A DNA stretch of 64,000 bases from assembly GCA_963806185.1 (NCBI GenBank), contig CAWDXE010000003.1, positions 64,001 to 128,000 of the forward strand, given 5' to 3'. Position numbers and translations under genes: made by a program. Source of the stretch: an uncultured candidate division Zixibacteria bacterium. GTDB taxonomy: Bacteria; Zixibacteria; MSB-5A5; GN15; FEB-12. The notes beneath the pieces were generated by a model. It made no database searches. It was not told where the DNA came from and was given only the letters and a program-made list of their open reading frames with translations. Numbering within the stretch: the first letter of the stretch is position 1; every line of letters begins with the position of its first letter. Shown piece after piece: positions 20,140 to 30,800 of the stretch.

Positions 20140-21255
20140 TCAGTCATCGGCGCGCAGATACAACATCCCATCCTTCAGCAGCCGACCACGATCAAAACCC
20201 TCCAATTCGGTAACAGTCAGGAACTCGCTCCAGGCATCATCCATCCCGCCAATCGCCTCTCTGCCCATAGGCGTCGGCATCGATTCTGACGCTTCCCGCA
20301 CATACCGAATATCAAGATCAAAAACGCGACGGCGCAGCTCAGCTACGGCCTGCGATGGTATGGTTCGGAGGGTCGCCTCCGTCATGCCAGTCACGGTCAC
20401 GCGCACGATCTTATTCTCACCTTCACGGTCGGTGACCCGGCGTTCAATTTCGGCCACCAGATCACTTCCGCGCATTTGTTGCGCGTCGATGCGCGGAATA
20501 TCCACCATTTCCCGAACCTGCAGCTCGTGGAATTTCATCACGAACGGATCCAATTGCACTTCAACAAACCCTTTGGCCGACACTCGTTCGGCCTGGGACA
20601 ATCGTTCCGTAGAACCGGCGTAGTACACTCTCGGTCCAACCTGACAGAAGTTGTGATAGTGGCCGAGCGCCGTGTAATCGAAACCGGTAGTCGCCTCCAG
20701 TGGGATTTCCTGTTCGCCCAATTCCGCCATCGCAAACTGCGGCATACCGGCGGCGACTCCGTGCATGACCAGAACGTTGTACTTTCGATTTGTATCGGGG
20801 AAGCATCCCGACAATTGTGAGCGCTGATCAGGGCCGGTGAAGCTGTGCGGAACGGCGCAGATCCGGCAATCGCCAATCTCGAAAATGCCGACTTCCGCGC
20901 CGGCAGCGATGTGCAGATTGCGCAACGGCCGATACACTTCGAGCGCCGCGGTGACGTGCGCCTGGCGCGGAGCATCGTGGTTACCCGTTATAATGACCAG
21001 AGGTATGCCCGCATCCTGACACAACCGCGCTAACTGTTCCCCCACAATTGCCATGATCCGGTTGGACGGCCGCACCACATGAAAGATGTCACCAGCGTGA
21101 AGGCAGAGATCAGGCTTCAGAGAAATGATGCGATCAATGGCGGAGGTGAAAGCCGCCACGAAGTCTTCCTGACGCAAGGTTAGGCCGTGGTCACCTCGCA
21201 CAGGGTAGTTTTCCCCCGCGCCCAAATGCGAGTCTGACAAGTGACAAATACGCAT
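20140..21255 (-). CDS. SbcD/Mre11-family metallophosphoesterase (DNA repair nuclease)
   Basis: HLSDSHLG, AGDIF, GNHD, YTALGHYH, YAGSTER. Confidence 0.88.
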   Translation of the reverse strand: MRICHLSDSHLGAGENYPVRGDHGLTLRQEDFVAAFTSAIDRIISLKPDLCLHAGDIFHVVRPSNRIMAIVGEQLARLCQDAGIPLVIITGNHDAPRQAHVTAALEVYRPLRNLHIAAGAEVGIFEIGDCRICAVPHSFTGPDQRSQLSGCFPDTNRKYNVLVMHGVAAGMPQFAMAELGEQEIPLEATTGFDYTALGHYHNFCQVGPRVYYAGSTERLSQAERVSAKGFVEVQLDPFVMKFHELQVREMVDIPRIDAQQMRGSDLVAEIERRVTDREGENKIVRVTVTGMTEATLRTIPSQAVAELRRRVFDLDIRYVREASESMPTPMGREAIGGMDDAWSEFLTVTELEGFDRGRLLKDGMLYLRADD

Positions 21256-21345
21256 AACCGATTATACAGAAAATAGGACAAGTCGTTAGATGGAAAAATC
21301 GGGGCGGCGAGTGTTAGCCGGCCGGCTTCTTATCAGAAAGTCAAA

Positions 21346-21372
21346 CTGTCGCCGGGGGATATCCGGCGACAG
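21346..21372 (-). terminator. Terminator after ferritin-like gene
   Basis: ctgtcgccgg-N7-ccggcgacag. Confidence 0.65.
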
Positions 21373-21398
21373 CGTTTAATCTCACAGGTCAAACCGAC

Positions 21399-21893
21399 TT
21401 AGAACTCTTCGAGATGCGACCATTCGGCATCCTCAAGCCACTCCTTGGGGCGGTTGAGGAACTGGACGACATTCTGCATCGTGACCCAGTGCTTATGCTC
21501 TTCGTCGGCGATCTTGTTGAGGATATGCTTCTGTTCGCTCAACTGAACTTCAGCGGCTTTCTGACGATAAAAGGCCTCGGCCTCCTTTTCGATCTCTTGA
21601 GCCTTCCTCCAGTATTCAATCGACTCGCCGGTGAACGCCTGCTTGGAATCGGAATCCCGAAGACTCTCGAACACATTCTTGACCGTGGCAAGAATATGTG
21701 TCTTCTGAGCTTCTCTGTACTCCGCAGAATGGCCGTCGCGCAACAGCTTAAAGATGTTGTAGTGCTTAAGTTCGTCATCGGCCAGTTCTTCAAGAACTTT
21801 CTTGAGAGCGGGAATTTTGGTCTTGGCGGCCTGATCGAGATAGTACTGCCGGCCGTCCGTTTCCATTTTCATGGCGTATTCAAAGATATTCAT
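21399..21893 (-). CDS. Rubrerythrin/ferritin-like diiron protein
   Basis: AMKMETDG..YY, LADDELKH, EIEKEAEAFY, IADEEHKH. Confidence 0.9.
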   Translation of the reverse strand: MNIFEYAMKMETDGRQYYLDQAAKTKIPALKKVLEELADDELKHYNIFKLLRDGHSAEYREAQKTHILATVKNVFESLRDSDSKQAFTGESIEYWRKAQEIEKEAEAFYRQKAAEVQLSEQKHILNKIADEEHKHWVTMQNVVQFLNRPKEWLEDAEWSHLEEF

Positions 21894-22011
21894 AACCTCA
21901 CCAGTGCATCTGTTTGGTCCGTTTGACTCCAAAGGTAGACAACCGGGGCACCGTTGTCAATACGGCACCCTTTACCTTGTGCTAACAGTCGGTACCACCG
22001 TATGTTATAGC

Positions 22012-22956
22012 ATGTTCAGACGATTCTGCCTCTCGCTTATCGTGCTCCTGATCGCGGGACATTCCTTTGCGGACGTGCCTGCGGCGGGATTTTCATTTCA
22101 CTTCGATAACCCCCAGTACATTCCCGAAGCCGAATCCACGCTGGTTCGCGCCCAGCGACAACTTGAATCACTCCTCCAGGATTCGCTCAATTATGCGCCC
22201 GCGGTCTACCTGGTATCCAACCAGGAGCGATTCGACTCATTGATTGGCGGCCGGTTTCCCGATTGGGGAGCGGCCGCCGCGATTCCCGAGCGCCGGATGA
22301 TGATCATCAAGTCGCCGGCCTCCTTCCGCGTCAATCGACCGTTGCGCGAACTGCTGCCCCACGAACTATCCCATCTTGCGTTGGCCGATCGACTGGGCTT
22401 CGTCAGTCCGCCCCGCTGGTTTGACGAGGGTCTGGCCATGCTGGTCTCGTTTGAGTGGAGCTACGGCAATGATCTCGCGATGAGCACGGCGGCGGTATTC
22501 GGACGAATAATTCCCCTGCCGGAGATAGAGCTGGTAAACAGATTCTCTGAAAGTCGGGCGCAGATCGCCTACGCACAATCGTACCTGGCTGTGCAGTACC
22601 TCTATACGCAATACGGAAAAGGAGCCGTTAATGAGTTTCTCGATCGACTGGCGGCGCGCCAGCCGATTGACTCGGCGTCGATGGCCGCCTTTGGCTCCAA
22701 TTATCGTGACTTGGATACTGAGATTCGGCTATATTTGGGCGGTCGATATAATCTGATAACGCTTTTGACGGATACTATGTACTTCTGGCTCGGCCTGGCC
22801 ATCCTTGTGATTATCGCCGCATTCATCAGGTATCGCAGGAGGCGGCAGACGTATCGGCGCTGGGAGCGGCAGGAGCGACTTGAATCCACTGATTTCGATT
22901 ACGGTAATTCGGACGAACCCGAGCAAGCGGACGACGACGAGCCATGGCGTCAGTGA
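22012..22956 (+). CDS. Peptidase MA family zinc metalloprotease with C-terminal TM anchor
   Basis: Signal peptide from MFRRFC, HELSH..PRWFDEGLA, AYAQS, TM helix followed by an Arg-rich tail. Confidence 0.82.
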   Translation: MFRRFCLSLIVLLIAGHSFADVPAAGFSFHFDNPQYIPEAESTLVRAQRQLESLLQDSLNYAPAVYLVSNQERFDSLIGGRFPDWGAAAAIPERRMMIIKSPASFRVNRPLRELLPHELSHLALADRLGFVSPPRWFDEGLAMLVSFEWSYGNDLAMSTAAVFGRIIPLPEIELVNRFSESRAQIAYAQSYLAVQYLYTQYGKGAVNEFLDRLAARQPIDSASMAAFGSNYRDLDTEIRLYLGGRYNLITLLTDTMYFWLGLAILVIIAAFIRYRRRRQTYRRWERQERLESTDFDYGNSDEPEQADDDEPWRQ

Positions 22957-23840
22957 GCCACTACATCGAATACGCCATTGTCCGGCTGGGAGTTGCCCTG
23001 GCTCGCCCGCTCTCTGATAGGAATGCCGACCGGTTTGGCGCGGGTCTCGGATCGATCGCCTACCTGGTGCTCGGGTCGAGACGGCGCATCGCCGCCGAAA
23101 ACCTGCGGCGGGCGATGGGAGTCGTGTTGCCGGAAGCGGAGATCCATCGAGTGGCCCGGGAAGTGTTCCGTAATATGGGACGAACGATGATCGAATTCGC
23201 TCGCTTTCCACGAATGGGACTGCCCCGCCTGCGTGAGATCGTCGTTTCCGATTCTTCGCACGTCATAACTGACACGCTGAAGGCAGGGCGGGGAGGGATA
23301 TTCCTGACGGCTCACTTTGGAAACTGGGAGATGCTGGGCGCCTGGGTACACGCGCTCGGGCCGCAGATGAATCTGCTTGTCGCCACCCAGCACAACCAGA
23401 TGGTAGATGCCGCCATCGATCAGTTTCGTCGCTCCATGGATGTAAATATCATCCGCATCCCCGGAGAATTGCGCGCCGTTTTCAAAGCGCTCCGGGCCAA
23501 TGAATACATCGGCATTGCGGCCGACCAACATGCTCCCGGCAGCGAACTGATCATCGATTTTTTCGGTCGACCGGCGGCCATGGCCAAGGGGCCGGCGCTG
23601 TTTGCCATTCGTGCCGGTTGTCCCATTGTACCGTTTGTGCTGGTTCGCGAACGACACGATCGCCACGTGGCGATTGCCGGACCGATCATCTACCCCCCCA
23701 CGGGTAAGGACGAAGAAGCGAGCATCCGGGAGATGACCGTCGCCTACGCTCGTTTCTTTGAAGAGAAGATCCGTGAACACCCGGCCCAGTGGGCCTGGGC
23801 ACATCGACGTTGGAAGGTAAGAGCTGATTATGGCGCTTAA
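22944..23840 (+). CDS. Lipid A late acyltransferase (LpxL/HtrB family)
   Basis: TAHFGNWE, AADQ, FFGRPA, PAQWAWAHRRWK. Confidence 0.92.
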   Translation: MASVSHYIEYAIVRLGVALARPLSDRNADRFGAGLGSIAYLVLGSRRRIAAENLRRAMGVVLPEAEIHRVAREVFRNMGRTMIEFARFPRMGLPRLREIVVSDSSHVITDTLKAGRGGIFLTAHFGNWEMLGAWVHALGPQMNLLVATQHNQMVDAAIDQFRRSMDVNIIRIPGELRAVFKALRANEYIGIAADQHAPGSELIIDFFGRPAAMAKGPALFAIRAGCPIVPFVLVRERHDRHVAIAGPIIYPPTGKDEEASIREMTVAYARFFEEKIREHPAQWAWAHRRWKVRADYGA

Positions 23841-24888
23841 CGTTATTATTCGCACTCCCAATCACCTGGGCGATTGCATCATGGCACTGCCAATGATCAG
23901 CGACGCGCGCGAAGCATATGCCGGCGCCGCCATCACGGTGCTTGCACCGGAGGCGCTGTCGGGCCTCTTTGAAAACAATACGTCGTTTGACGACTTGTGG
24001 ACCATCCCGGCTCAGTACGTGCACGGCCTGATCGGTATGATGAAGATCAAAGAGATTATTGCCAAACGGCACTTTGACGTCGGCTACATCCTCCCACCCT
24101 CATTCGGTGCCGCGGCCGCATTTCAGTTGGCGGGCGTCAAGGAACGGGTGGGCTACGTCGCCGACGGCCGCCGCCTCCTGCTTACACGTCCTTTGGCTCT
24201 GCCGATCCCGCTGAGTTCAGAACACCGTTCTCTGCTGTATTTCAATCTGCTTCGCCGGGGGGCGAACGTCGCAATAGAGTATACCCCTCCGCGTCTGCAC
24301 CTTAACGACGCCGACCTGACCCGCATTCGCGAAGTGATGGATAATTTTCGCATCGACCAGAGTCGCCGATTCGCCGTGGTCGCCTTCCGGGCGGTCGCCG
24401 AATCGCGGCGCTGGGGAACTGACAACTATACGGCACTGGCAACCCTCCTCACGCGGCAGCTCGGCCTGCAGGTTGTGTTGATCGGCAGCTCCGATGATCA
24501 GCGGACGGGCGATGAAATCGTGAAGTCAATCGCGGACGACAGCGTAATCAATCTGGCCGGCAAGACTTCGATCCGCGAACTGGCTGCTCTGTGCTCCCGG
24601 GCGGCCGTGTTTGTCGGCAATGATTCCGGACCTGCTCACGTCGCCGCCGCGGTTGGCATACCCATCGTCGTTCTTTCGGGCGCCGACAACCCGCAGGAGA
24701 CCTCACCCATGTCCGATCGAAAAACCGTACTGTACCAGTCCGACCTCTCGTGCATAAGCTGTGTAAAAAATGTATGCCCGCTCAAGGGAGCCGACAAGAT
24801 GCAGTGCATGATGGGGATTTCGATTGAGAGTGTATATTCCGCAGTGGCGAGTTTGACTGAGCGGAACCCGACAGCCGGGCAGGTCTAG
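23830..24888 (+). CDS. waaF: LPS heptosyltransferase II
   Basis: IRTPNHLGDCIMALP, NLAGKTS, GNDSGPAHVAAA. Confidence 0.85.
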   Translation: MALNVIIRTPNHLGDCIMALPMISDAREAYAGAAITVLAPEALSGLFENNTSFDDLWTIPAQYVHGLIGMMKIKEIIAKRHFDVGYILPPSFGAAAAFQLAGVKERVGYVADGRRLLLTRPLALPIPLSSEHRSLLYFNLLRRGANVAIEYTPPRLHLNDADLTRIREVMDNFRIDQSRRFAVVAFRAVAESRRWGTDNYTALATLLTRQLGLQVVLIGSSDDQRTGDEIVKSIADDSVINLAGKTSIRELAALCSRAAVFVGNDSGPAHVAAAVGIPIVVLSGADNPQETSPMSDRKTVLYQSDLSCISCVKNVCPLKGADKMQCMMGISIESVYSAVASLTERNPTAGQV

Positions 24889-24894
24889 CCGGTC

Positions 24895-27800
24895 TTACGT
24901 CGGTCTCTGGAATTCTTCGGGCGTATGGACGGCTGCAAGAATCTGGTCGAGGGGGGGCAGGTCGGGGAACGCGGCGGCCGCATGGGCATACAGATGGTCA
25001 AGTTGATAGTCCATGGCGCCGCATCGTATCATGACATACGGCACGGCGGCGGCGCGACACAATTCCACGACGTGAGTCAGTTCCACTTTACCGACAAATT
25101 CCGCATCGCACACGACCAGGCTGGTCGCTTGGTGCAGTCCATCGCTGACACCCGAATGGCTGTCACAGATGTGCAGAGATACGGCTACCTCGCACGCCCG
25201 GGAGAATAGTTTTCCGAAAATGGTCGTGTCGAGGGAGAAGATAAGTACCTTCGAAAGCCAGGCATAGGTGCGGTTCGCGAGGACTTCACCCGGATCGGAG
25301 GCAAACAGACTGGCCGGCAGGCTCAGCGTGAAAGTGGAGCCCAGCCCCTCGATGGAGTCGACCGTCAACTCACCACCATGTTCTCGTGCAATGTTCCGGC
25401 AGATCGCCAATCCCATGCCTGTGCCGACGACATTGTCTTTGCCCCAGACGCCCTTGGTGGAGAAGAAGGGGTCGAAGATGCGACTCACGTTTTCCTTTGG
25501 TATGCCCAGCCCGTTGTCGGCGACCCGGAGTTGCACACCGTCAGGCCAACGCAAGACACTGACGGAAATGATGCCTTTGGCACCAATCGCCTGCTCCGCG
25601 TTGATAAGCAAATTGAGCAGGAGCTGTTGAATTTTGCTGGCGGAGAGCCGAATCAGCGGCGTGTCATCGAAATGCGTGTACAGATCTATAGACCGACTGC
25701 ACAATTCCTTGGCAATGAGAGCGGTGGTGGTCGTGACGATAGCGGCCAGATCCTCCGGCGCGAACCGTTCCGGCCGGGTCTTCGAATAGGTGAGAAGTGA
25801 CATGGCCACGTCGTTGGCTCGTTCTCCCATGCGCACGATATCTTCAAGGGTTCGGCGGGCAATGTCCAGGTCCTGGGTTTCATCGAGACCTTCGAGTGCG
25901 AACGTGGCGTTGCCGATAATTCCGCCGAGATAGTTCTTGAATTCATGCGAGACGCCGGCCGCCAGCATGCCAACGGCAGCCAGTTTGTCCGACTCCATCA
26001 TCTTTTCCTGCTGCGCCAGTTCCTCCGTGACGTCGGAGCTGACGATGACAAAGTTCGAGACGTTTCCGGACGAGTCATGAATAGGCGAGATTGTCAATTG
26101 CTCCCAGTACAGGCTGCCGCTCTTCCGGCGGTTCTGCAGTTTGCCCGACCAGCGGGCGCCGGCAGAAATGGTCGACCAGAGCTCGCCGTATTCACCGTCC
26201 GAGGTTTGACCCGATTTCAGAATTCGGCGCGAACGTCCGATGCTCTCCTCGGTCGAAAATCCGGTCGTGCGGCAGAACTGGGGATTTACATACTCAATGA
26301 TGCCCTCGGTATCGGTAATGCACACCATATTGGCCGACTGCTCCACGGCCGTGGAGAGCCGCCGCATTTGCTTTTCAGCCAGGACACGCGCGGTGATATT
26401 GCGAGCGGTGACGGCCACTCCGTCCACTGTGGGAACGATCTGCTGGTAGAACCAGGTCTCCGGAGGTATCAATTCGCTGAGGAATTCCTCCTCTCGCGGT
26501 CGACCAATCTGCAGAACGCTGCGGTACAGCGCGACGAATTCAAGACCACGTTTGGGACCGAGAATTTCGGTGATCGTGGCGCCAACCCGTAGTCCGTTCA
26601 GGTCACGGAACAGATCCAGCGCCTGACGATTGCAGTAGATGACCCGGAAATCGCCGCACTCGCCCGACGAATTGGTCACCGCGCGAAGCATGATGAAGGC
26701 ATCGAGGCCGGACTCAGAGGCAATGCGGAAACGCTCTTCGCTTTCCCGCAGAGCTTGCTCGGCATCACGTCGTTCCTCCCGTTCCCGAGCGAACTTCTGT
26801 GCCACTGAAAGCAGTTCGGCCGTCTCCACCATCAGTGATTGATCGTGCTCGGAAAGTCGGCATATTTCCGTCGACGCCAAACACAACAAGTCGGTCTGCC
26901 GGTCGGTTCTTACTATGGGGACGCCAACTAATGCACGAATGCCGGCATGGATCCAGCCAATCTCATCAGAAGTTAGCACAGTTCCGGGTGATGTGGGCGC
27001 CGACCACTCCAGGATCCGATCCTCCGAACGCCATCGTCCACCGTGATTTTGCCTCGGCAAAGCATGTCGTTTGACCAGGAGCGTGGCCAGTACGCCGTCA
27101 AGCGGGTACGTATCCAGAATGACCCCGTCAGAATCGACCGAGACATACGCGACTCGCTTGTCCGGCCACGCGGAGGCGAGTTCCGCGATGGTACGACGGA
27201 CGATCGACTGAATAGACTCGTTGCGCAGGATACTGGTCGCGATACCGACCAGCAGTTTCAGCCGCCCCTGCCGCTGGGAAGCCTCGATGTTGGCTTGCTT
27301 GAGTTCAGTGACGTCGGTGATCGCGCCCACAACGCCGATCATTTCGCCTGACGAATTGCAAAGGGGTTCCAGATTGCCGGCAAAATACCTCTGCCGTCCT
27401 CGGACATGCACGCCAAATTCAGGTGACAGCGGTTTTCCCGATTCCAGCACCTGTTTCTTGATCGCCTTAAGGCGCTCGGCATCATCCGGCACGAACAGCT
27501 CTTCATCAGTTTTGCCCACAACATTCCCGGTGGGGAATTCCTGGCTGTTGAAGATCCATGTATAGCGGAGGTCAAGATCAGTGGTAAACACGGTCGTCGA
27601 GGAATCCTGCAGCGCCAGTTTGAAACGACGTTCACTGGCCTTGAGTTGATCCATGGTCAAGCGAAGCTGACTAACGTCTCGCACAAAGACCTGAATGGAG
27701 GCTTCGCCGTCCAGGTCCATGCGCACCGGAGTGATTTCGGCCACAAACGTGCTGCCGTCGAGACGCTTAAAATCACATGTGATCACCTTCGGCGACTTCT

Positions 27801-30800
27801 CACCGCCGTCCCGGGAGTCAAACATCTTCTTGATGCGCTCGGCGACCGTTGACTGGAGGTCGCCCGGCACAAGCTCCAGCAGGTCCCGGCCGACGAGCTC
27901 AGAAACGGAGGTGGCTCCCCACATATGCATCATGGCGGCATTGACATACTGCAGAATCGTCCCGGTGTGAATAAAGATCCCGACCGGCGCGTACTCGACA
28001 AGCAGCCGGTACTGCGCTTCAGAGTGTTTCAGTGCCTCTGAACTCAGGCGTGCCTCGGTCACGTCCCGGCACGCGCCGATCCGCCGGACAGTGTCGGTGC
28101 CGGCGTCCCGAATGTTCTGTGCCACAGAGTGGCAGTAACGGATTTCGCCGTTCGGCAGGCAGATGCGAAATTCAGCCTCCGTGGGACGGAGTTCACTTAC
28201 GCTCGCTATCGCCGTGGCGACTAGTTGACGATCTTCCGGATATATTCTCCCGAGAATCTCTTCCATTTGGGTCAGGCCCTGACCAGGCTCGACGCCGAAT
28301 ATCCGGTAGAGTTGTTCCGAGCATTTCACGGCGCCAGTGCCGAGCCGGTGCTCCCAGTACCCAACGCCGGCGATGCGCGAGGCCGCCAGGAGGGCAAGTT
28401 CCCCGCGTCGGCGCTCTTCCAGCAGTTCCCGCTGTCTGGTAATATCGGTCAAGACCCCGAGCTTTCGCGTCGGGTCTTCGGTGCATTCGCCGCCCAGCAG
28501 GCTTGTATCGCGCACCCAGACGACGCTGCCGGATGGCGCCATCAGGCGATACTCCTGAACGCATACGTCACCGGAGCGTCGCACGGCTGATCGCATCTCC
28601 TGCAGTCGCTCCCGGTCATCCGGATGCACGAGGGCGAGCCAGTCTTCAATGGTGATGTAGTCACCTTTCACGCCGAAGAGGTCACGGTACGAGGCAGGAA
28701 TGGAGACCCATCCGCCGCCTCGGGAGAGATCGATATCATAGATGGTGTCGGACGCAAGTTCAGCGGCCATGCGGAATCGTTCTCGCGATACCTGGAGTTC
28801 CTCCTGAGTCAGCCGTTCCTGCGTGACATCGCGAAGGGCAATGAGTCGTGCCGTGCGGCCGTGATACGGCACCAGTTTGCTGAAAGCTCGCATGAGCAGC
28901 TCGCGACCTTCGCGATGTACGCCGCGGAACTCAAAGGGCTCCTGGTCGTTGGCTCGGCTCCGGTCCAAAACCATCGACAAATCGTCGCTGCGAACAATTG
29001 TCGACAAGGATTCAAGCGTCAACTCCGCGGCCTGATATCCTAACATCCGGCACAGCTGTGAATTGACGTCGAGTATGACGCCGTTGTCGCTGATGATCAC
29101 ACCGTCACCGCTTGCCTCAGAGAGTATCCGAAAGCGCTCCTCGCTCTGGGCGAGCGATTCCCAGGCGCGTTTCTTCTCCGTGACGTCAGTCACGAGCAGT
29201 AATGCGCCGGCGGGGATGTCATCTTTTCCGCGCCGAGCACTCGCCGAAATGGAGATATCCAGTATTTGATTATCTTTCATGACGGCCTGGAGATTGAGGT
29301 CATGTATGAAGCCCTCGCTGTCCAGGCGGGGCCGCAGTTCGCGGTCCACGATCGCACGTGAAGTCGGGACGAGGAAGTCGGTCAAGGGCCGGCCAAGGAC
29401 CTCGGCCCGCTCATAACCCAGAGTCTTGAGCCAGAGATCGCTGACCCGTTCGAGACGACCCTTGCTATCGACAGACAATAGCATGACCGGAATAGACTGG
29501 CTGAACTGGGCAAGCTGGGCGTGATCGCCTACCAAAGTTACGGAACCATCGGCAGTCGTGATATCCTTGAGAATTCCGTACTTCCGGACGGGGCAGCCGT
29601 GAACATCATATTCGAGCGATGACTCGCTCCGCAGCAGTCGAATTGAACCGTCCGCCAATACGACTCGGAATTCAATTGGCCCCGCGTCAAACGAAGACAG
29701 CAGATCCATATTGGCTTTGAGTACGATATCGCGATCATCCGGATGGATGTGCGAGAGCACTGTCTCCATGCGGCCGTCAAATGTGTCAGCGTCGATCCCG
29801 CAAAGCGCGATTGCTTCCGGAGACCCGGTATAGCGGAGGTTATTCAGATTCCATTCGAAGCCGCCCAAGTGAGAGAGTTCCAGGGCCTTCCGGTATAGAC
29901 TCTCACTCGTTTGAAGTCTTCGGCGGGTAGCCTTGAATTCAGTAACATCCGTGGCTAACCCAACGTACCCCGCGAATACTCCATCAGGGCCGCTATACGG
30001 AGCGCCGCTCAGTCGCATCCAGCGGTACTCACCGTCATGGTGAAGCAGTCGAATCTCCACCTCAATTGACTGGCGGGACTCGACGGCGGTCGCGAACACC
30101 TCTCGAAATTCGGCGAGATCGCCTGAGTGTATGCCATCGATCCAACCGCGTTCCATCTCCTGACTGCGCGTACGGCCGCGGAACGACAGCCACGCGCCGT
30201 TGACATAGGTGAAGCGCCCGTCCCAATCGCACGTCCAGGCAGGTGCCGGTATCGAGTGCAGCACAGACTGCCAGTATTCCGGCGCGGCATCCGCGATCGA
30301 TTTGTTCCGCCGGGGACTGGCCGCATTGACCATGAAATCAAGATAATGCAGGATCTTGCCCGATTGATCCCGCACCGCGACTCGGGTGACGTGAAATCGA
30401 ATCATGGCGCCGCTTCTGGCCATCAGTCGCTTTTCAAATTCGCACCAGATCTTGTTGCCCTGAACCAGTTGCTGCGTCAAGCGCCATTCGTCCAGAGCAT
30501 CTTCAGTGGGCGTGAATTCCCGGGTCGGCTTATCTATGAGCTCTGCTTCAGTCCGATCGATCAGCGAAAGTAGTTGCGAGTCGACTCGCTGCCAACGGAA
30601 GTCGGGACTGACTCTCACCGAGAGGACCGCCGTCACCTTCAGCAGGTGCGCATGCTCAGCTTCAGTCGCCTCGAGCCGCTGCTGGGTTTCCCGGAGGTGC
30701 GTGATATCGCGAATGAAGTCATCGATTCTGCCGTCAGTGCGAAGGCGAGACTGTATTTCGACCACTTTCCGGCTGCCGTCGCGACAGGCAATCTGCTGTT

